DNA of 64,000 nt, from assembly GCA_020633335.1 (NCBI GenBank), contig JACKDU010000002.1, forward strand, positions 250,730 through 314,729, read 5' to 3'. The notes under the pieces were generated by a model. The model made no database searches. It was given only the letters and a program-made list of their open reading frames with translations, and was not told the origin of the DNA. Source of the stretch: Myxococcales bacterium (GTDB taxonomy: Bacteria; Myxococcota_A; Polyangia; Nannocystales; Nannocystaceae). The translations under genes and the position numbers were made by a program. Below are positions 35,772-45,903 of this stretch, piece after piece (the stretch's first letter is position 1; every line of letters starts with the position of its first letter).

Positions 35772-37406
35772 ATGACCCAGGTCCTCGCCTTCATCCTCCT
35801 GATCGGCCCGCTGATCTTCATCCACGAGCTCGGTCACCTCCTCGCGGCCAAGCTCGTCAACGTCAAGGTCCTCCGCTTCTCCCTCGGCTTCGGCCGGCCC
35901 CTCGCGCGGATCAGGATCGGCGAGACCGAGTACTGCATCGCGCCGATCCCCCTCGGCGGCTACGTCCGCCTCCTCGGCCAGGGGCCCGACGAGGACGTGT
36001 CGCCCCAGGAGGAGGATCGGGCGCTCCGCAGCCGGCCGCTCTGGGCCCGCTTCTTCGTCCTCGGCGCCGGCCCGGTCTTCAACCTCGCGCTCCCGCTGAT
36101 CCTCTATTTCGCCTTCTTCCTCTCACACACCGTGGTCGGCCCGCCGGTGATCGGCACGGTCCTCGACGACTCAGCCGCGGCCGCGGCCGAGCTCCGCGCC
36201 GGCGATCGCGTGGTCGAGATCGAGGGCGAGGACGTGCACTCGTGGCACGACATGCAGACCCACGTCCGGGCGGCGCCCGAGCGCGAGCTCCGGCTGCAGA
36301 TCGAGCGCGACGGCGTCCGCTTCGACCGCTTCGTCACCCCCCGGCGGACGACCGCGAAGGACGTCCTCGGCGAGTCGATCCCGCGCGGCCTCCTCGGGGT
36401 CTACCCCTGGGTCTACGCCCCGCAGATCGGCATCGTCGACCCGGCCTCGCCGGCCTTCGAAGAGGGGCTGCGGACCGGCGACATCATCACCTCGATCAAC
36501 GGCGAGCCGATCCACACGGTCGAGCAGCTCGAGCGCGAGCTCGCCAAGACCCGCGACACCTCGCTGCGCCTGACCTACCTCCGCGCCCGGCCGGCGCGCT
36601 CCGAGCTCGGCACCTTCCTCTGGTTCGAGTCGGCCCACGCCCGCCTCCTGCCGCGGGCCGAGACCCGCTTCGCCACCGGCCTGCAGCCGGTCAACACCTT
36701 CGTCCGCGCGGTCGAGCCCGACTCGCCGGCGGCCCGCGCCGGCCTCCGCCCCGGCGATCAGATCCTGATGGTCGGCGACCGGCCGATCACCCGCTGGGAG
36801 ACCCTGGCGATCCTCCTCGACCGCCAGGGCGACGCGCCGGTGAGCCTCAGCGTCCGCTCCCTCGGCGAGGCCCCGCGGAGCGTCGAGATCCGCCAGGAGA
36901 CCCGGACCTGGCGCGACATCTACCGCCAAGAGCACTCCTACCTCTGGTTCGGCGCCAACCCCTACGCGAGCCGGCACCTCCCGCCGCCCGAGCCGATCCG
37001 CGGCCGCTTCACCTACGCCGCCCGCTCGGCGATCGACGAGACCCTCTCGATGCTGCAGATGATGTGGACCAGCCTGCGGCAGCTCGTCACCCTCCAGCGC
37101 GGTGTCGACGAGCTCTCGTCGGTGGTCGGGATCTTCAACGTCGCCGGGACCGCGGCCGAGCAGGGCCCGGGCGAGTTCCTCCTGCTGATGGCGCTGATCA
37201 GCATGAACCTCGGCTTCGTCAACCTCCTGCCGATCCCGATCCTCGACGGCGGCCACCTCATGTTCTTCACCCTCGAGGCGATCCGCCGGCGACCGCTCGG
37301 CCAGCGCGCCCGCGAGGTCGCGTCGGCGATCGGCCTCATCATCATCCTCGCGCTCCTCCTCATCGCCCTCCGCAACGATGTCATCCGCTTCTGGCTCACC
37401 CCCTGA
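35772..37406 (+). CDS. rseP: RIP metalloprotease RseP (site-2 protease, M50) with PDZ domains
   Basis: HELGHLLAAK HExxH in the first TM, tandem PDZ regions, C-terminal LDGG motif (ILDGGHLMFF). Confidence 0.85.
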   Translation: MTQVLAFILLIGPLIFIHELGHLLAAKLVNVKVLRFSLGFGRPLARIRIGETEYCIAPIPLGGYVRLLGQGPDEDVSPQEEDRALRSRPLWARFFVLGAGPVFNLALPLILYFAFFLSHTVVGPPVIGTVLDDSAAAAAELRAGDRVVEIEGEDVHSWHDMQTHVRAAPERELRLQIERDGVRFDRFVTPRRTTAKDVLGESIPRGLLGVYPWVYAPQIGIVDPASPAFEEGLRTGDIITSINGEPIHTVEQLERELAKTRDTSLRLTYLRARPARSELGTFLWFESAHARLLPRAETRFATGLQPVNTFVRAVEPDSPAARAGLRPGDQILMVGDRPITRWETLAILLDRQGDAPVSLSVRSLGEAPRSVEIRQETRTWRDIYRQEHSYLWFGANPYASRHLPPPEPIRGRFTYAARSAIDETLSMLQMMWTSLRQLVTLQRGVDELSSVVGIFNVAGTAAEQGPGEFLLLMALISMNLGFVNLLPIPILDGGHLMFFTLEAIRRRPLGQRAREVASAIGLIIILALLLIALRNDVIRFWLTP

Positions 37407-38172
37407 GCGCCCGGCCGGCGCCGCCTTCTTCCTCGCGCTCGACGCCTCCTCGCCCCGGAGCGCGCTCGCGCTCGGCCGCGTCGATCGCCGCAGCGGCGCC
37501 GACGAGCTCTGCGTGAGCTTCGAGGAGATCGACGGCGCCAACCAGACCTCGACCTGGCTGATCGACAAGATCACCGAGATGACCGAAGAGGCAGGTGTGA
37601 AGATCGCCGACCTCGCGGGGATCGCCTGCGGCCGCGGGCCCGGGACCTTCACCGGCACGCGGATCGCGGTCGCCACCGCCCAGGGGCTCGCGCTCGGGGC
37701 CGGCGCGCCGATCTTCCCGATCAGCACCCTGGCCGCGCTCGCCGGCGAGGGCGCGGCCGGCGAGCGGATCCTCGCGCTCCTCGACGCCCGCCGCGGCGAG
37801 GTCTACGCCGCCCCCTTCGCCCTCCGGGCCGGCGACCCGGGCGAGCCGACGCTGGTCCTCACCCGCGAGGGTGACGACCAGGCCGCCCCCCTCGCCGCCC
37901 TCCTCGACCAGCTGGAGCACGCCCCCGACGCGCTCCTCGGCCCCGGCGCCGCCGCCTACCTGGACGCGATCCCCGAGGCGCTCCGCGGCCGCGCCCGGCC
38001 GACGCCCGGGGTCAGCGCCCGCGGCCTCTGGCGGGCCACCGTCGCGGCGATCGTCGGCGGCGAGGCGATCCACCCGCGGGCCCTCGACGCCCGCTACCTC
38101 CGCGGCAGCTACGCCGAGCTCGGGCTCAACACCCCGAAGCGGCCGATGATCCGCTCACCCTTCGTCGACTGA
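37378..38172 (+). CDS. tsaB: tRNA threonylcarbamoyladenosine biosynthesis protein TsaB (YeaZ family)
   Basis: FLALDASS (LALDTST-like) N-terminus, GPGTFTGTRIAVATAQGLALG. Confidence 0.65.
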   Translation: MSSASGSPPERPAGAAFFLALDASSPRSALALGRVDRRSGADELCVSFEEIDGANQTSTWLIDKITEMTEEAGVKIADLAGIACGRGPGTFTGTRIAVATAQGLALGAGAPIFPISTLAALAGEGAAGERILALLDARRGEVYAAPFALRAGDPGEPTLVLTREGDDQAAPLAALLDQLEHAPDALLGPGAAAYLDAIPEALRGRARPTPGVSARGLWRATVAAIVGGEAIHPRALDARYLRGSYAELGLNTPKRPMIRSPFVD

Positions 38173-41100
38173 GGGGGCGCTCGCGGCCGCCAGCGGCCCC
38201 TCGATCACCCCGAGATCGAGGTTGGCGCCGTCGCGCGAGACCACGAAGGGGAGCTCGCGGAACGAGAGGCCGCCGCGGCCGTCGTGCTCGATGATCTCGA
38301 CCTTGCCCATCCCGTAGCCGAGGAGCGGGTCGAGGGTGTCGTAGTCGATCTGCAGGCTGTAGGGGAAGCCGCCGGCGGCGCCGTCGATCACGAAGGCCTC
38401 GATCCCGAGCCCGGCCGTGACGTCGGCGTAGAGGCGACCGCCCGACTCGAGCGAGCGCTGGCGGTAGAAGGCGTGGCGGCCGTCGCCGTCGCGGACGTGG
38501 AGATCGACGTCGGAGATCGCCGTGTCCCAGGTCAGGACGAAGCGGAGCGAGGGCTCCTCGGCGAGGGCGATCCCGTTGACCGAGAGGGCCTCGAGGACAT
38601 ACGCGCGATCGTCGGGGCGGGCGGCGATCCAGGCAGCCGCGGCCAGGCCGATGTCCTCGTAGAGCACCCGCGCCATCGCCTGCGAGCGGGCGTCGGCCCG
38701 GGCCCAGGCGAAGCCCGAGAGGAGGATGTCGAAGGCCTCGCGGTAGTAGCTGAGATCGCCGCTGAGGAGCGCGTGCCGGAGGAGCGCGTAGCCGTAGAGG
38801 CGGTGGCTCGAGGGATCGCTCGGCTGCTTGCGGAGCGCGCGGGCGTAGGAGTCGATCACCAGCCAGCGGGTGACGTCGCCGAGGCGCTCGAGGCGGGCGG
38901 CGGCGAGGCGGCGCATCTCCGGGCGGGTCGGGAAGAGATCGGCGATCGAGCCGTAGGCGCGGGCCGCCTCGTCGATCCGGCCGTTGGCCTCGAGCGCCTC
39001 GCCCAAGGCGATGAGCGCGAGGACGCTGGCGGGTTCGTCGTCACGCCAGCGGCGCGCGAGGCTGCCGGCGCTCGGCCGATCGCCGAGGCGGAGGCTGTCC
39101 ATCACCGCGAGGAGGAGGCCGTCGTAGGCGTCCTTGGGCCGCCGCCGCGGGCCGACGTGGGGCTTCTCCGGGATCTCCTCGTCGGCCGCCGGCCAGCGGC
39201 CATCGGCGACCAGCGCCGCGTTCGCCCCCGGCCGCGAGGTCGCCGGCGCGCCGACCGGGAGCGGCCGCGAGGCGCCCGGCGGCGCCGTCGGCCGCGAGCG
39301 CCCGGCCCCCTGCGAGACCTGCGAGAGGTCGCTGCGGTGGATGTCCGGAAGGACAGGCTCGGCGACGAGGACGTGGGCGCTCGGAGAGGCCGAGCCGCCG
39401 GGGATCGCCAGGTCGCCGCGCTCGCGGACCTCGACCCCCTCGCTGCCGAAGGCGAGGAGCGGCGCGAGCCGGCCGGCGTCGAGGCCGAAGCGCGGGCGCT
39501 CGTCGGCCCGCCCCGGCATGATCAGCGCGGTCGCGTCGTTGAGGATCCGGTGGCGGAGCGAGGCGTCGATGATCCGCCGGCGCCAGGCCTCGCAGGTGTC
39601 GCCCTCGCAGGCGCGCGCCTGGGCCTCCATCCACCGGACATGGCCCGCGCGCCAGGCGTTCTCGAGGATCGACGGCGCCGTCGCGGCCACCGTGGTCACC
39701 GCCTGGCGCCCACGGAGCGAGCCGCCGACGACGACCTCGACGTCATCCTCCTCGGGCGCGAGGTCGGCGTAGACCAGCACCGTGTCGTCCGCCTGGAGGC
39801 CGTCGAGGCGCTCGGGGTAGACCCACTGGCTCCCGGTCACCTTGACCTCGACCCCCGAGACGACCTCGTGGACCAGCTTGCGGAGGGCGATCTCCGGGGC
39901 GGCGTCGGCCCGGATCACGAGGCCGTCGCGCGGCAGGCCCGAGCGGCTGATCGCCGCGAGGAGCTCGCCGCGGCCGTGGCCGAGGGCGACCGCGTCGACC
40001 CGCTTGACGCCGACCTCGGCGAGGCGCGCGACCTCCCCCTGGAGCGCCTCGACGTGGCCCGCGCCCGCCGTGACGACCCCGTCGGTGAAGATGATCATCC
40101 GCTCGTAGCGACGCGACGGCTGCGAGCCCGCGAAGCGGAGCGCGCCGACGAGATCAGAGGCGCCGAGCGCCCCGCGGCCGCGGATCGCCGCGAGGTGGCG
40201 CTCGCCGAAGGCGGAGATCCGGCCCTCGAAGACGGTCTCGACCCCCTGATCAAAGCAGAGGACGCGGAGCGGGATGTCGTCGGCGGTCCAGCGCCGGATC
40301 TCGTCGACGAGCTCGGCGAGGCGATCGATCTGGGCGCCGAAGCCGAGCGCCTGCGAGGCGCTGGTGTCGAAGAGGATCGTCAGGCTGCCGATCGGCTCGG
40401 CGTGATCGTGGGGCACCGGCGAGATCCGAGCGACCACGCGGTTGTCGAGGCGGAGGCCGCCGACCCGCTGCCCGGGCGAGTGGATCACGATGTCCTGCTC
40501 GACCGTCCCGCGACCACGGAAGGCGTAGAGCGTGCGCCCGTCGGCGAGCTTGTTGGCCTCGCCCGGGCCCCGCCCGTGGAGCTCGGCGCCGGTGACCCGG
40601 ACGTCGATCGCGTCGAGGCGCGGGAGCCCGGCGAGGGCGACGCGGTAGGGCTGCTCGCGCCCGCGGATCTCCTCGACGTAGCCCACCAGCACCCGGAGCT
40701 CGCCGTGGGGGATCCGCGGGAGGCGGACGAGGAGGCGGTCACCGCCGCCGCCGTCGGCGATCAGCGCCGGCTCGCGGACGTCGCGGAGGAGGCTGTCAAA
40801 CGCCGCCTTGCGCGGGACGACCTCGGCCTCCCGCCACGCGCCCCCCTCGAGGACCGCGAAGCGGACCAGGCGGGCGTCGGCCGGCAGGGCGATCGAGAGG
40901 CGACCGTCGAGCGAGCGCCCCTCGGGGTTCTCGAAGGTCATCTCGACCTCGGTCGCGCCGAAGAAGGCGTCGAGCTGACCGCGGTAGGCGACCTCGCGGA
41001 GGCGCAGCGGCGTGCCGTCCTCGCCGCGGAGCGTGATCGGCGACTCGCCGCGGACGAGCGCGGGCTCGGCGACCAGATCACCGCCCGGGGTCGTGTCCGC

Positions 41101-41226
41101 GGGCGCCTCGATCCCGCCTGTGCATGCGGTCAGGCCGAGGAGCGACGCGAGCGCGGCGAGGCGGACGCGCCGCCCCCGGTGGGCTCGCCACCCGCTCCTG
41201 CCACTGCCTCTTGTCCACGTCGCCAC
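38155..41226 (-). CDS. large lipoprotein with VIT and von Willebrand factor A domains plus TPR-like region
   Basis: LGLTAC lipobox. VIT-like N-terminal region. vWA MIDAS LTILFDTSASQ. Helical repeat region. C-terminal beta-rich domain. Confidence 0.65.
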   Translation of the reverse strand: MATWTRGSGRSGWRAHRGRRVRLAALASLLGLTACTGGIEAPADTTPGGDLVAEPALVRGESPITLRGEDGTPLRLREVAYRGQLDAFFGATEVEMTFENPEGRSLDGRLSIALPADARLVRFAVLEGGAWREAEVVPRKAAFDSLLRDVREPALIADGGGGDRLLVRLPRIPHGELRVLVGYVEEIRGREQPYRVALAGLPRLDAIDVRVTGAELHGRGPGEANKLADGRTLYAFRGRGTVEQDIVIHSPGQRVGGLRLDNRVVARISPVPHDHAEPIGSLTILFDTSASQALGFGAQIDRLAELVDEIRRWTADDIPLRVLCFDQGVETVFEGRISAFGERHLAAIRGRGALGASDLVGALRFAGSQPSRRYERMIIFTDGVVTAGAGHVEALQGEVARLAEVGVKRVDAVALGHGRGELLAAISRSGLPRDGLVIRADAAPEIALRKLVHEVVSGVEVKVTGSQWVYPERLDGLQADDTVLVYADLAPEEDDVEVVVGGSLRGRQAVTTVAATAPSILENAWRAGHVRWMEAQARACEGDTCEAWRRRIIDASLRHRILNDATALIMPGRADERPRFGLDAGRLAPLLAFGSEGVEVRERGDLAIPGGSASPSAHVLVAEPVLPDIHRSDLSQVSQGAGRSRPTAPPGASRPLPVGAPATSRPGANAALVADGRWPAADEEIPEKPHVGPRRRPKDAYDGLLLAVMDSLRLGDRPSAGSLARRWRDDEPASVLALIALGEALEANGRIDEAARAYGSIADLFPTRPEMRRLAAARLERLGDVTRWLVIDSYARALRKQPSDPSSHRLYGYALLRHALLSGDLSYYREAFDILLSGFAWARADARSQAMARVLYEDIGLAAAAWIAARPDDRAYVLEALSVNGIALAEEPSLRFVLTWDTAISDVDLHVRDGDGRHAFYRQRSLESGGRLYADVTAGLGIEAFVIDGAAGGFPYSLQIDYDTLDPLLGYGMGKVEIIEHDGRGGLSFRELPFVVSRDGANLDLGVIEGPLAAASAPSVDEG

Positions 41227-41461
41227 GGCGCTCGAATCACCTGGACGGCCAGATTTTTAGCCTCGCACAGCCCCAGAGGGGGGCGCAACTGCTTTGTCCA
41301 GATCGGCCCCGGGCCCCGGCGAGGCACCACGCGGGGTGGTCGTCGGGCACACACCCGCAGGGGCGGCGCGGCGGCGACCTGCCACGGCACGCCACGGCGA
41401 CCCGGCGGACTCCTCCGGTGACCGGACGCGGCCAACTCGTCCGACGACCGGGCGGGACAGG

Positions 41462-41550
41462 GCGACCGGTCGCCCGTCGTCCATCGCCGGCCGGATGTGC
41501 GACGCCGCGTCGCGGCGGCCGGCGATGGACGACCGGCCCGCCGCCCTGGC
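41462..41550. repeat. long imperfect palindrome in the 450-bp intergenic region
   Basis: cgtcgtccatcgccggccgg … atgtgcgacgccgcgtcgc … ggccggcgatggacgaccgg (~20-bp arms around an inner palindrome). Confidence 0.6.
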
Positions 41551-41677
41551 CTGCCGACCTCTCGCTCCAGGCCTCGCGGCCCCGTCCGTTCTCGCGCCGA
41601 CGCCGCGGCGAGCCCGCGCGACCCGTCGCGGGTCGGCCAGCGCTCTGCCCGACCCGGCGCGAGAGAGGGTCGCCACG

Positions 41678-43258
41678 CTAGCCCGCGGTCGCCAGCCGGA
41701 TCACAAACGCCGCCCCGCCGAGCTCGCTCTCCTCGACCCGGATCGTCCCGTGGTGATCGAGGATGATCTTCTTGACGATCGCCAGCCCGAGCCCGCTCCC
41801 CTCGGCCCGCGACGACTCGTAGGGCTCGAAGACCCGCTCGCGCCGCGCCAGCGCGATCCCGGGGCCGTTGTCCTCGACCCAGAGCTCGACCGCGCCGGCG
41901 TCGGCGTCGACCGCCGCCCGGATCCGGACCCGCACCGGCGCCGGCCCGGCCTCGCGCCCCGAGAGGACCGCGTTCTCCACCAGGTTCACCAGGCACTGCT
42001 TGAGGAGCTGGCGATCGCCGACGATCTCGACCTCGGGCGCCGGCGCGATCTCGAGGACGTCGCTCGGCCGCTCGGTGAGGTGGCCGTAGGCGCGCCCGAA
42101 CTCGTCGAGGATCCGCCCGAGCGCGACCGGCTCGAGCTGGGCCTCGGGCACCTTGGCGAGCTGCGAGAAGGTCCCGACCATCCGCCGCAGCGCGCCGACC
42201 TCGTCCTCGACGATCTCGACCGAGGTCGCCAGGAGGCGGCTGAATTCCGGGCTCAGCCCCGGATCCTTGTCGCGGAGGTTCTGGACCGCGAGCTGGATCG
42301 GCGTCAGCGGGTTCTTGATCTCGTGGGCGATCCGCCGGGCCATCTCCTGCCAGGCGCCGACGCGCTCGAGGTAGGCGACCGTCCGCTGCGCGGCCGCGAG
42401 CTCGTCGAGCATCCGGTTGAAGGCGGCGCCGAGGAGCCCGAGCTCGTCCTGACCGAGGGAGCGCACCCGCGCCTGGAGATCGCCGGCCGCGACCGCGCGC
42501 ATCACCCGGCTGAGCTCCGAGACCCGGCGGGTGGTCGAGCGCGCGAGGATGAAGCCGGCGATGAAGGCGACCATCAAGACCAGCGCCGACGCGGCCGCGA
42601 TCGCCTGGAAGGCCGCCCGCTCGAGCTCGCCGCGGGCGACGATCACCGCCGGGCCGACGGCGACGTGCTCGCTCTCCCGCTTGAGCCGCCCGAGCGCCTG
42701 GTGGCGGCGCTCGATCGTCGGATCGAGCGCGAAGAGGGCGACCAGCTCAGGCTCACGATCGGCCTCCGGCGCCGCCGCGCTGGCCACCGGGATCGGATCG
42801 GCCGCCACCCAGATCCAGGCGCCGCTCGCCTCCGGCAGGAGCGCCCGGCGCTCGGCCTCGATCAGCGCCCGCTCGCCGTCGAGGAGGGAGAGCGCGACCA
42901 TGTCGCCCTCGCGGGCGAGGATCGCCTCGAGATCCGCGCCCTCGATCGCCCGCCCCTCGCGGAGCGCGACGACCTCGAGCTCGCGGGCGATCGCGGCCGC
43001 GCGCGCGCGGTAGGCCTCCTTGCGGGCGCTCACCAGATCGACGTAGTGGGCGGCGGCGATGTCGACCGCCTGATCGCTGCGCTCGATCGCCGCGCCGACC
43101 AGGCCGTCGAAGTACTCGATGGTCAGCTTGACGAGGTAGGCCGAGGCGCCGACGCAGAGGATCCCGACGGCGACCAGCGCGGTGATCACCCGCGACTCGA
43201 GGCGGCCCCACCAGGGGACCCGGCGGATCGCGCGGGCTCGGCGGGTCGGGGCGCTCAT
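41678..43258 (-). CDS. sensor histidine kinase (TM-HAMP-HisKA-HATPase_c, NtrY-like architecture)
   Basis: HAMP; H-box MARRIAHEIKNPLTPI; N-box NLVENAV; G-boxes DNGPGI and GSGLGLAIVKKI. ATG overlaps the upstream gene stop as ATGA. Confidence 0.8.
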   Translation of the reverse strand: MSAPTRRARAIRRVPWWGRLESRVITALVAVGILCVGASAYLVKLTIEYFDGLVGAAIERSDQAVDIAAAHYVDLVSARKEAYRARAAAIARELEVVALREGRAIEGADLEAILAREGDMVALSLLDGERALIEAERRALLPEASGAWIWVAADPIPVASAAAPEADREPELVALFALDPTIERRHQALGRLKRESEHVAVGPAVIVARGELERAAFQAIAAASALVLMVAFIAGFILARSTTRRVSELSRVMRAVAAGDLQARVRSLGQDELGLLGAAFNRMLDELAAAQRTVAYLERVGAWQEMARRIAHEIKNPLTPIQLAVQNLRDKDPGLSPEFSRLLATSVEIVEDEVGALRRMVGTFSQLAKVPEAQLEPVALGRILDEFGRAYGHLTERPSDVLEIAPAPEVEIVGDRQLLKQCLVNLVENAVLSGREAGPAPVRVRIRAAVDADAGAVELWVEDNGPGIALARRERVFEPYESSRAEGSGLGLAIVKKIILDHHGTIRVEESELGGAAFVIRLATAG

Positions 43259-43896
43259 CGCTTCACCAGGTAGAAGGCCGGGGTCGTCCGGATCGCGAAG
43301 GTCTTCTCGGCCGCCGGCGCGTCGCGGATGAAGATCCCGATCCAGCGGGAGAAGGCCGAGAGGTCGCGCCCCTGCCCGCGGCTGCCGGCGAGCTCGTCCT
43401 CCGGCAGGAGCGCCTCGGTGATCGGGTTGCGCTGGCCGACCACGGTGACGAAGTAGCTCGCCTGCGGGCCCCGCTCGAGCGCGTCGGCCCGGGCGATCCG
43501 CAGGCGATCGAGGGAGACCGCCCGGGCGATCGCCGGCTCGCGCTCGCGGAAGTAGGCGGTCGTCGTGCCCTGGCCGGGATCGCTGGTCTGGACCCCGAAG
43601 CGCTCCTTCCACGGATCCCACTGGATCTTCACCACCCGCCGCTGGCCGCTGATCGGCCGCGGCGAGCCCGTGCGATAGAGGCTGATCTCGAAGACCAGGG
43701 TGGTCGCGAAGGCGGAGTCGAGCGAGGCCATCGCGTCGCGGTCGCGGAGCGAGAGGAGCTCCGGGAGGGCGACGCTCACCAGCACGGCGTCGCCCGACTC
43801 GACGAACTCGGCCCGCCGCCCCCGCAGGAGCTCGCGGCCGCCGGCGCCGAGCGCCCCGAGGCCGAGCCCCGCGATCAGGAAGACCCTGCGCCTCAC
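43255..43896 (-). CDS. DUF4390-like exported protein
   Basis: GTG start overlapping the upstream stop (GTGA). Signal-peptide-like RRRVFLIAGLGLGALGAGG. Placement between an OM beta-barrel gene and an NtrY-like kinase is typical of DUF4390 genes. Confidence 0.4.
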   Translation of the reverse strand: MRRRVFLIAGLGLGALGAGGRELLRGRRAEFVESGDAVLVSVALPELLSLRDRDAMASLDSAFATTLVFEISLYRTGSPRPISGQRRVVKIQWDPWKERFGVQTSDPGQGTTTAYFREREPAIARAVSLDRLRIARADALERGPQASYFVTVVGQRNPITEALLPEDELAGSRGQGRDLSAFSRWIGIFIRDAPAAEKTFAIRTTPAFYLVKR

Positions 43897-45437
43897 AGCG
43901 GCGACCTCCGGAGGACGTTGCCGACCGAGAGATCGAGGGTGCCGATCGAGGTCTCGAGGCGGAGGCCGAGGTTGAGGTTGAGGCCGACCGGCGCCGCGGC
44001 GGCGCCGAGCGCCCGCCAGGCCGCGCGCTCGGCCGCGTCGCCGGCGATCGTGAAGACCCCGCCGGCGAAGAAGAGGTGGCCGCCGACCAGCCAGCGCGGC
44101 CGCTGCCGCCGGAAGAGCGGCCACACGTACTCGAGGTCCGCGCGCGCGAAGAGGGTGCCGAAGGTGCGGGTGTCGATCCCGGTGCCGAGGATGTCGAGGG
44201 GCCCGCGGGTCGTGTAGATCAGCCCGAGCTCGCGCCCCGGCGTCAGCTCGCTGAGATCACCGGCGAAGAAGCGCTCGAAGCGGGGCGCTCGCCCGCCGAT
44301 CTGGCCGGCGAGGATGCTCGGGGTGATCCAGTGGCGCCAGGGCAGCCGGAAGGTGTAGGCCGCCCCCGAGACCAGGCGGATGTACTCGAACTCGGAGCCG
44401 ACGAGCGGCGACGAGAGGTGGAGATCGAGGGCGAAGCGGCCGCCCTGCCCGACCTGCGCCGCCCGATCGCGGCCGTCCCAGTTGAGCGTGAAGTTGGTCG
44501 AGGTCAGCCGCTGCCAGCCGGCCGCGAGCCCGAGATCCACCGGCGTCCCCTGCCCCGCCGGATCGACGTAGATCGGATCCCCCGGCGGCGACGCGCTCAC
44601 CTGTTCGAAGCGGTAGTCGACGCCGAGCTCGAAGCGCGAGGTGATCGGGAACGAGGCCCCCAGGATCCCGCCGATCCGGGTGTAGTCGACCGTCCGAAAG
44701 AGCGACGGCGAGGGATCGCTGAGGGCCCCGGCGACCCGGTAGGGCTCGCTCGCCGAGAGCAGGTAGAAGGTCCCGCCGAGGCCGATCCGCGCGTCCGGGA
44801 GGCGCGGCGCCTCGATGAAGAGGCGGACGCCCTGCTGCCGGCGGGCCTTGGCGATCCGCGGCTGGGTCCCCCAGATGAAGCCGCCGCCGACGTGGATCGA
44901 GCGGCCGAGGAAGTTGCGCTCGACGAGCTGGAGGCCGCCGCGGAAGGGGGTCATCGTCGACGAGCCGAGGAAGAGATCGGTGACCGTCAGCGACGCCCGC
45001 TCCTCGACGTCGACGATCAGCGCGCCGCCCTCCCGATCGCCGCCGGCCGGCCGCAGCTTGAGGGTGACCCGCGAGAAGTAGCCGGTCCCCAGGAGGCGGA
45101 GCCGCGCCCGCTCGACCCGCGGATCCTCGGGCCAGTCGACGCTGGCGCCGACCCGCAGGTCCTCGGCCTCGAGCGCGCCGAGGATCTGGCGCTCGGCGAC
45201 CTGCTCGGTGCCGACCACCCGGATCTCGAGGATCCGCACCGAGCGTACCGACTCCGAGACCGACGGCGACGCGGCGCCCTGGGCCGACGCCGCCGCCGAC
45301 TTCGACGCCGGAGCGGCGCCGACCGACCGGGCGCCGCCGAGGCCCCCGAGCGCGAGCCCGACGACCACCCACCCCACACCGGCGACGGCGCGCGCGCCCG
45401 CGCGCCGGGGGCCCGTCAGGGGGTCGTGGTGGGGCAT
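43893..45437 (-). CDS. Omp85-family outer-membrane protein (POTRA plus beta-barrel; TamA/BamA/ShlB-like)
   Basis: Signal peptide. POTRA (VRILEIRVVGTEQVAERQILGAL). Long beta-barrel region. The C-terminus ends …NVLRRSPL rather than with an aromatic residue. Confidence 0.6.
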   Translation of the reverse strand: MPHHDPLTGPRRAGARAVAGVGWVVVGLALGGLGGARSVGAAPASKSAAASAQGAASPSVSESVRSVRILEIRVVGTEQVAERQILGALEAEDLRVGASVDWPEDPRVERARLRLLGTGYFSRVTLKLRPAGGDREGGALIVDVEERASLTVTDLFLGSSTMTPFRGGLQLVERNFLGRSIHVGGGFIWGTQPRIAKARRQQGVRLFIEAPRLPDARIGLGGTFYLLSASEPYRVAGALSDPSPSLFRTVDYTRIGGILGASFPITSRFELGVDYRFEQVSASPPGDPIYVDPAGQGTPVDLGLAAGWQRLTSTNFTLNWDGRDRAAQVGQGGRFALDLHLSSPLVGSEFEYIRLVSGAAYTFRLPWRHWITPSILAGQIGGRAPRFERFFAGDLSELTPGRELGLIYTTRGPLDILGTGIDTRTFGTLFARADLEYVWPLFRRQRPRWLVGGHLFFAGGVFTIAGDAAERAAWRALGAAAAPVGLNLNLGLRLETSIGTLDLSVGNVLRRSPL

Positions 45438-45494
45438 CCGCGGCAGTGTAGTACAGAGCGCCCCTCCCCTCGCCGGCCTGATACCCTGGGCGAC

Positions 45495-45881
45495 GTGCCG
45501 CCGACGAAGCTGGCGATCTACGTCGAGGCCGATCCCAGCCACGTCGCGCTGGCCCGGGCGATCCTCGAGCGCGAGGGCTTCGCGATCGAGGGCAGCGACG
45601 ATCCGGAGCGCGGCCTCGCGGCGATCCGCAGCCGTCGCCCCGAGGTCGCCCTGGTCGACCTCGATCTCCCGGGCGTCGGCGGCCTCGGCCTGATCCGCGC
45701 GCTGCGGGCGTCCCGCGAGGGCGCCGACTTGCCGATCGTCGCGCTCTCCGCGAGCACCCGCCGCGGCGAGGGCCGGCAGGCGCTGGCCGCCGGCGCAGAC
45801 GCCTTCGTCGCCAAGCCCTACGCGATCGACGCCCTCTGCCAGGCGCTGGCGACCGCCGCCGAGGCCCGGCGCGCCCCCTGA
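45495..45881 (+). CDS. single-domain response regulator (CheY-like receiver)
   Basis: GTG start. LAIYVEAD…VALVDLDLPGVGG…IVALSA…ADAFVAKP with all conserved receiver positions (DD, D, S/T, K). Confidence 0.6.
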   Translation: MPPTKLAIYVEADPSHVALARAILEREGFAIEGSDDPERGLAAIRSRRPEVALVDLDLPGVGGLGLIRALRASREGADLPIVALSASTRRGEGRQALAAGADAFVAKPYAIDALCQALATAAEARRAP

Positions 45882-45903
45882 GCGCCCCCCCTGAGCGAGG
45901 CGG

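Noticed and set aside
41226-41678. 450-bp intergenic region as a possible small gene or ncRNA
   Set aside because: Only RG-rich artefact ORFs. Contains a long imperfect palindrome, which is better explained as a terminator or operator between two same-strand genes.
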